Source of the DNA: Candidatus Thorarchaeota archaeon | GTDB lineage: Archaea; Asgardarchaeota; Thorarchaeia; Thorarchaeales; Thorarchaeaceae | Assembly: GCA_048882325.1 (NCBI GenBank) | Contig: JBHLRS010000028.1 | Location: 21,679-41,648, forward strand | Direction of reading: 5' to 3' | Length of the DNA stretch: 19,970 bases | Shown here: piece by piece, positions 15,974-19,970 of the stretch | How the letters are laid out: every line of letters starts with the position of its first letter | How positions within the stretch are numbered: the stretch's first letter is position 1 | Program-made: the position numbers and the translations under genes | The notes under the pieces: model-generated | What the model was told of the DNA's origin: nothing | Database searches by the model: none | The model's input: only the letters and a program-made list of their open reading frames with translations

Positions 15974-16711
15974 ATGATTCGCTGCGTTTACATGGTCAAG
16001 AAAGGTGGAGATCCTCTCTATGGACGTTCGTTTGAGGATGAAGCTTGTCTAGACCTTGCAACTTTACCATCCTACGTTCGAACTTCAGTCGTTATGATGC
16101 AATCGAGTTCCAGCACTTCTCCAGACCGGGTCTATACTCTTGAGATTGAGGAGAACATCTGGTCCTACCAGTTCTTTCCTACCTTTGCACTAATATCAAT
16201 GGCATCGAACGACCAGCCCCTCACCCAGTTAAAGAACTTCATGCAATCATTGGGTCGTGCCATAGAACATGAGTTTGGAGATATTATTGACTCGTGGAAT
16301 GGAAGCATGAGTGACATTGCTGACATCAACGCGATGATTGACAGGTACCTCTCAGTCGACTTCAATCAGCCATCGAAGAAGATGATTCGTATAATGGAAC
16401 GGTTGGTAGACAAGGTTCTAAAGCAACCTGAGATAGCATTTGTCGGAGTCTTTGACTCCGAGGGCAATCTACTGGCTGGCAACGTCCCCGAAACTTACAT
16501 CTTTCGCATTCAAGTGGAGATTGCTCAAGGTGTAATCTCTCCAGTGATGGATATTGCTCCTTCGACAGTCAGAGCTGGGGACCATGTACTCCAAATGCTG
16601 AAAGCTCGCTCTCTAACTGTAGTCGTTGCGTCTCAACCCGCTGAGAGTAACCTTTCTGCGGTCAGTACGGTCAGCGAGATTGCTCACACACTCTACGATA
16701 AGTTGTCGTAG
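15974..16711 (+). CDS. Longin-like N-terminal domain fused to a roadblock/LAMTOR-like C-terminal domain (eukaryotic signature-type protein)
   Basis: MIRCVYMVKKGGDPLY.RSF longin beta-1/beta-2 start, and the helix...F...I..W.G....I..ID motif typical of Asgard longins; second domain PEIAFVGVFDSEGNLLAG resembles the roadblock beta-hairpin. Confidence 0.65.
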   Translation: MIRCVYMVKKGGDPLYGRSFEDEACLDLATLPSYVRTSVVMMQSSSSTSPDRVYTLEIEENIWSYQFFPTFALISMASNDQPLTQLKNFMQSLGRAIEHEFGDIIDSWNGSMSDIADINAMIDRYLSVDFNQPSKKMIRIMERLVDKVLKQPEIAFVGVFDSEGNLLAGNVPETYIFRIQVEIAQGVISPVMDIAPSTVRAGDHVLQMLKARSLTVVVASQPAESNLSAVSTVSEIAHTLYDKLS

Positions 16712-16752
16712 AAGTTTTATTCTGTTCTGATATAGACCACAACTGGTCGTGA

Positions 16753-17442
16753 TTGACTTTGGTTAGTCCTGAGAGAGCAATTCTAGATGCTGAGGAATTG
16801 ATAAACCAAGCAATTTGGAGAGGCACTCATTTGCAGGATTTCAAGAGCGAACTCACACTATGTTCTGAGGCCAAGATTATTTTGGAAGGTCTTTCAGACT
16901 TGGACCCTATCCTAGAAAAACAGAGGAGAAGGGCTCTGTCGCAATGTCTTCTGAGAATTGATCATGCATATGTGGGACTTGGTGATTTAGAGTATACCAT
17001 AGAACGGACTTCGGAAGCATTGAACCTTGCTGAAACCTCAGGTAGTGAAGTTCAAATCTGCAGAGCCTTACTTGCCTTGGGGAATGGCTATCTCAACGCA
17101 GGTGATATCGCTAGCGCAGAAAGTCAGTGGGTACGACTTCTTTTACTTGCTGAGGGCCGCCCTGAAGATAAAGAGATGCAAAATGTTGTTGGTTGGACAC
17201 TCATTGTCCGAGGTCATGTATTGAAGGGAAAGAGCCTCTATAACCAAGCAGCACACGTGCTAGAGGATGCATACTCTACTCTGGCAAATGTTAGTGATTA
17301 TTTTGGGTGCGTATCCGCGTGCAATCTCTTAGCTGAGGTGTACAATAATTTGGATGCTCCAGAGAAGGCTTCGACCTATCGGTCAAAAGCTGAGGAATAT
17401 GAGGAGCGAATCAAGAATCAACCAAATCCCTATGACCCGTGA
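16753..17442 (+). CDS. Tetratricopeptide-repeat (TPR-like) protein
   Basis: Helical repeats such as ALLALGNGYLNAGDIASAESQW, TLIVRGHVLKGKSLYNQAAHVL and ACNLLAEVYNNLDAPEKA. Confidence 0.8.
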   Translation: MTLVSPERAILDAEELINQAIWRGTHLQDFKSELTLCSEAKIILEGLSDLDPILEKQRRRALSQCLLRIDHAYVGLGDLEYTIERTSEALNLAETSGSEVQICRALLALGNGYLNAGDIASAESQWVRLLLLAEGRPEDKEMQNVVGWTLIVRGHVLKGKSLYNQAAHVLEDAYSTLANVSDYFGCVSACNLLAEVYNNLDAPEKASTYRSKAEEYEERIKNQPNPYDP

Positions 17443-17507
17443 GATGACGAAAGACACAAGTATAGCACTTGTCAGTTCGCGGTCAGAATCTACGCTGAGG
17501 TCTTTCA

Positions 17508-18122
17508 ATGCTTGTCGTTGGTATCTGTGGGTCTCCCAAGAGTGACCGCTCAAACACTCGATTCCTGCTTGAGAAAGCACTGGATTCCGTTACAGTGGGT
17601 CAGACATTGCTACTGAACGTTATTGATTATAACATCCTCCATTGCACAGGTTGTGACTCGTGTGTGAGGAAGAAACCATGTCCGCAAAGTGCGGAGGACG
17701 ATATGCCCAAGATTGAGGAGAAACTCATTGGTGCAGACGCCATCATCATTGCTGCACCTTCTTACTTTACATCCGTGCCTGGAGTTCTCAAGGATTTCAT
17801 GGACCGGTCTCGAGCTATGAAGATGAATGACCATCAGCTGAAAGACAAGGTCTTTGGTGCAATTACATATGCTGGCCTTCGATACGGCGGCCAAGGACAC
17901 GTAATTGATGTACTCAATCGATATGCACTCGGCCAGGGCATGATAGTGGTTGGAAGCGTCGGTAGTCCTGTTAATCATGGAAACTTCGGGTCTGGCAGTC
18001 TTCAGACGGATGAAGGGTCCTGGAGATCTGCGAAGGATGATGAGCTTGCTGTGAAAGGGAGTGAGCTTCTGGGAAAAAGGGTGGCAGAGGTTACAAAACA
18101 CCTGCATGAGTTCGGTGAGTGA
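17508..18122 (+). CDS. Iron-sulfur flavoprotein (Isf) / flavodoxin-fold FMN reductase family
   Basis: GICGSPK...NT, C-x2-C-x2-C-x5-C (CTGCDSCVRKKPC), DDM, ADAIII.AP.YF..VPG.LK.FMDR, R.GGQ. Confidence 0.9.
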   Translation: MLVVGICGSPKSDRSNTRFLLEKALDSVTVGQTLLLNVIDYNILHCTGCDSCVRKKPCPQSAEDDMPKIEEKLIGADAIIIAAPSYFTSVPGVLKDFMDRSRAMKMNDHQLKDKVFGAITYAGLRYGGQGHVIDVLNRYALGQGMIVVGSVGSPVNHGNFGSGSLQTDEGSWRSAKDDELAVKGSELLGKRVAEVTKHLHEFGE

Positions 18123-18676
18123 AGATGTCTTCAGGTCTGGTCCAAGTCTATACTGGTGATGGCAAAGGTAAAACAACTTGCGCACTCGGTGCTGGTCTTA
18201 GAGCTGCTGGACATGGTCTGAATGTCCTGATGATTTCCTTCATGAAGGCGAAGCTAGCAATGCGCGAAAATGGTGAGGACGTAAATTACGGTGAATTTCG
18301 GAGCGTTGAAAACATTCAGAACTTCAACATCATTCCTGTTGGCCGGGATAGCTTCGTCGACAAGGATAATCCTGACCCCATAGATGTTAAGATGGCTCAA
18401 GATGGATTGCGCCTTGCTCAAAAAGCTGTCCAAGACAAGACTTGTGACGTTCTTATTCTAGATGAGATAAACGTCGCAGTTGAGTGGAACCTCATTTCTC
18501 TTGAGGATGTCCTTACCCTGATCAAGAAGAAACCTGAGAAACTGGAACTAATACTGACTGGTCGCTACGCCCGTGAAGAAGTAATTCAAGCTGCAGATTT
18601 AGTCACTGAAATGAAAGAGGTCAAACATTACTACTCTAGAAAGAAAGTGCGAGCTCGTAGAGGGTTTGAGTACTAA
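18119..18676 (+). CDS. btuR: ATP:cob(I)alamin adenosyltransferase, CobA/BtuR/CobO type
   Basis: [47 protein letters not shown]......R.G.EY; GTGA overlap with the upstream stop (ATG 18125 alternative). Confidence 0.93.
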   Translation: MKMSSGLVQVYTGDGKGKTTCALGAGLRAAGHGLNVLMISFMKAKLAMRENGEDVNYGEFRSVENIQNFNIIPVGRDSFVDKDNPDPIDVKMAQDGLRLAQKAVQDKTCDVLILDEINVAVEWNLISLEDVLTLIKKKPEKLELILTGRYAREEVIQAADLVTEMKEVKHYYSRKKVRARRGFEY

Positions 18677-18750
18677 AATCGTCATTAATCGAACAGTTAA
18701 TATTCGCTGCCCTTTTCGAACACTTGTTCCATGATTTGGAGGAGTCCACA

Positions 18751-19970
18751 ATGGTAGACAAATCTGGGAAACTAGCTTCCGCTAAGGAAAACTGGGAGAA
18801 GAACACACTCAGACCTCATCAAGCAACGCATCCTGATCGCAGGAAAGAGTTTGTCACGACTTCCAGCAAGCCTGTGAAGGTGCTCTACACACCTCTGGAT
18901 ATCCCTGACTTCGATTACATGAAGGACCTGGGGTTCCCAAGCGAATATCCCTACACACGCGGAGTTCAACCCTCTATGCACCGTGGAAAGCTTTGGACAA
19001 TGCGTCAGTTCGCAGGCATGGGTTCTGCCGAGGAAACCAATGAGAGGTTCAAATTCCTTCTTGCTAATGGTCTGACCGGTCTCAGTGTTGCATTCCATCT
19101 ACCAACCCTTTTTGCTCGGGACTCTGATCATCCATTCTCTCACGGAGAGGTAGGAAAACTCGGTGTAGCAGTTGACACACTCAAGGACATGGAGACTCTC
19201 TTCAATGGCATTCCATTAGACCAAGTCACCACTTCAATGACGATTAATGCACCTGCTTCAATCCTACTTGCTATGTATATGGTGGCTGCTGAGAAACAAG
19301 GTGTTTCTCCTGACAAGATTGGCGGCACAATTCAAAACGATCTGCTGAAGGAGTACATGGCTCAAAAGTCCTGGATTCTAGCACCTAAACCCTCATTGAG
19401 GATTATTGGTGACATCATGGAATATGCTACCAAACACATCCCCCGTTGGAATACAATATCAATCTCAGGTTATCACATTCGAGAGGCTGGGTCGACCGCT
19501 GCCCAGGAGCTTGCATTCACTCTGTTGAACGGAATGCAGTATGTCAAGGTTGGAATAAAGCAAGGCCTTGACGTCGATGCTTTTGCCCCGCGTCTGTCAT
19601 TCTTCTTCAACGCGCATAATGACATCTTCGAGGAGGTTGCCAAGTATCGTGCCGCTCGACGGATCTGGGCCCGAGAGATGAAAGAAACTTTTGGAGCCAA
19701 GAAGGAGAGGTCTCTCTGGATGCGATTTCACACCCAGACCGCAGGTTGTTCACTCACTGCGCAACAACCAATGGTCAATGTGGTTAGGACCGCTTACCAA
19801 GCCCTCGCTGCAGTACTTGGTGGGACACAATCATTGCACACAAACTCGATGGATGAGGCTTTGTGCCTTCCAACGGAGGATGCAGTCCGGGTAGCATTAA
19901 GGACCCAGCAGGTACTGGCCCATGAGAGTGGAGCAGCTAATACAATCGATCCACTCGCTGGCTCCTATTA
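18751..19970 (+). CDS. B12-dependent acyl-CoA mutase large (substrate-binding) subunit, isobutyryl-CoA mutase-type specificity residues; truncated by the window end and missing from the ORF track
   Basis: Own translation from ATG 18751 (GGAGGAG RBS): YPYTRG...[90 protein letters not shown]; the frame is open to 19970. Confidence 0.95.
   Translation, partial: MVDKSGKLASAKENWEKNTLRPHQATHPDRRKEFVTTSSKPVKVLYTPLDIPDFDYMKDLGFPSEYPYTRGVQPSMHRGKLWTMRQFAGMGSAEETNERFKFLLANGLTGLSVAFHLPTLFARDSDHPFSHGEVGKLGVAVDTLKDMETLFNGIPLDQVTTSMTINAPASILLAMYMVAAEKQGVSPDKIGGTIQNDLLKEYMAQKSWILAPKPSLRIIGDIMEYATKHIPRWNTISISGYHIREAGSTAAQELAFTLLNGMQYVKVGIKQGLDVDAFAPRLSFFFNAHNDIFEEVAKYRAARRIWAREMKETFGAKKERSLWMRFHTQTAGCSLTAQQPMVNVVRTAYQALAAVLGGTQSLHTNSMDEALCLPTEDAVRVALRTQQVLAHESGAANTIDPLAGSY

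Noticed and set aside
677-19894. Numerous antisense or alternate-frame ORFs in the track (e.g. 677-1021, 1579-1929, 3497-3904, 6272-6880, 14477-15121, 17610-18185, 18772-19098)
   Set aside because: They overlap well-supported genes, have Ser/Pro/Thr-biased shadow composition and show no recognisable motifs.

Overview
Gene-dense archaeal window. Inferred to be from an Asgard archaeon, most likely Thorarchaeia-like, because it carries a stand-alone gelsolin domain, a longin+roadblock-like protein, a UBC/E2-fold protein, fwd genes, and GGTGA/GGAGG ribosome-binding sites with TATA promoters. Metabolic content: a VOC-family (methylmalonyl-CoA epimerase-like) protein, a Zn-dependent MDR dehydrogenase, a cupin, an AhpD/CMD-family protein, a lipoate-protein ligase, an AcoA/AcoB/AcoC-type 2-oxoacid/acetoin dehydrogenase cluster with no E3 gene, a divergent fwdD-fwdB-fwdA operon (no fwdC) with a coupled SAM methyltransferase, and an iron-sulfur flavoprotein, CobA/BtuR adenosyltransferase and B12 acyl-CoA mutase module that runs off the right edge. 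Top leads: (1) the E3-less E1/E2 + LplA + AhpD cluster may be a lipoyl-dependent peroxidase relay; (2) a roughly 120-nt structured element with a 7-bp kissing-loop upstream of lplA; (3) the mutase has Phe/Gln (isobutyryl-CoA mutase-type) rather than Tyr/Arg specificity residues; (4) an orphan E2-fold gene inserted in the lipoyl cluster; (5) an internally duplicated uncharacterised 300-aa protein. No rRNA, tRNA, CRISPR array or mobile element was recognised. All calls come from reading motifs by eye; no database searches were run.
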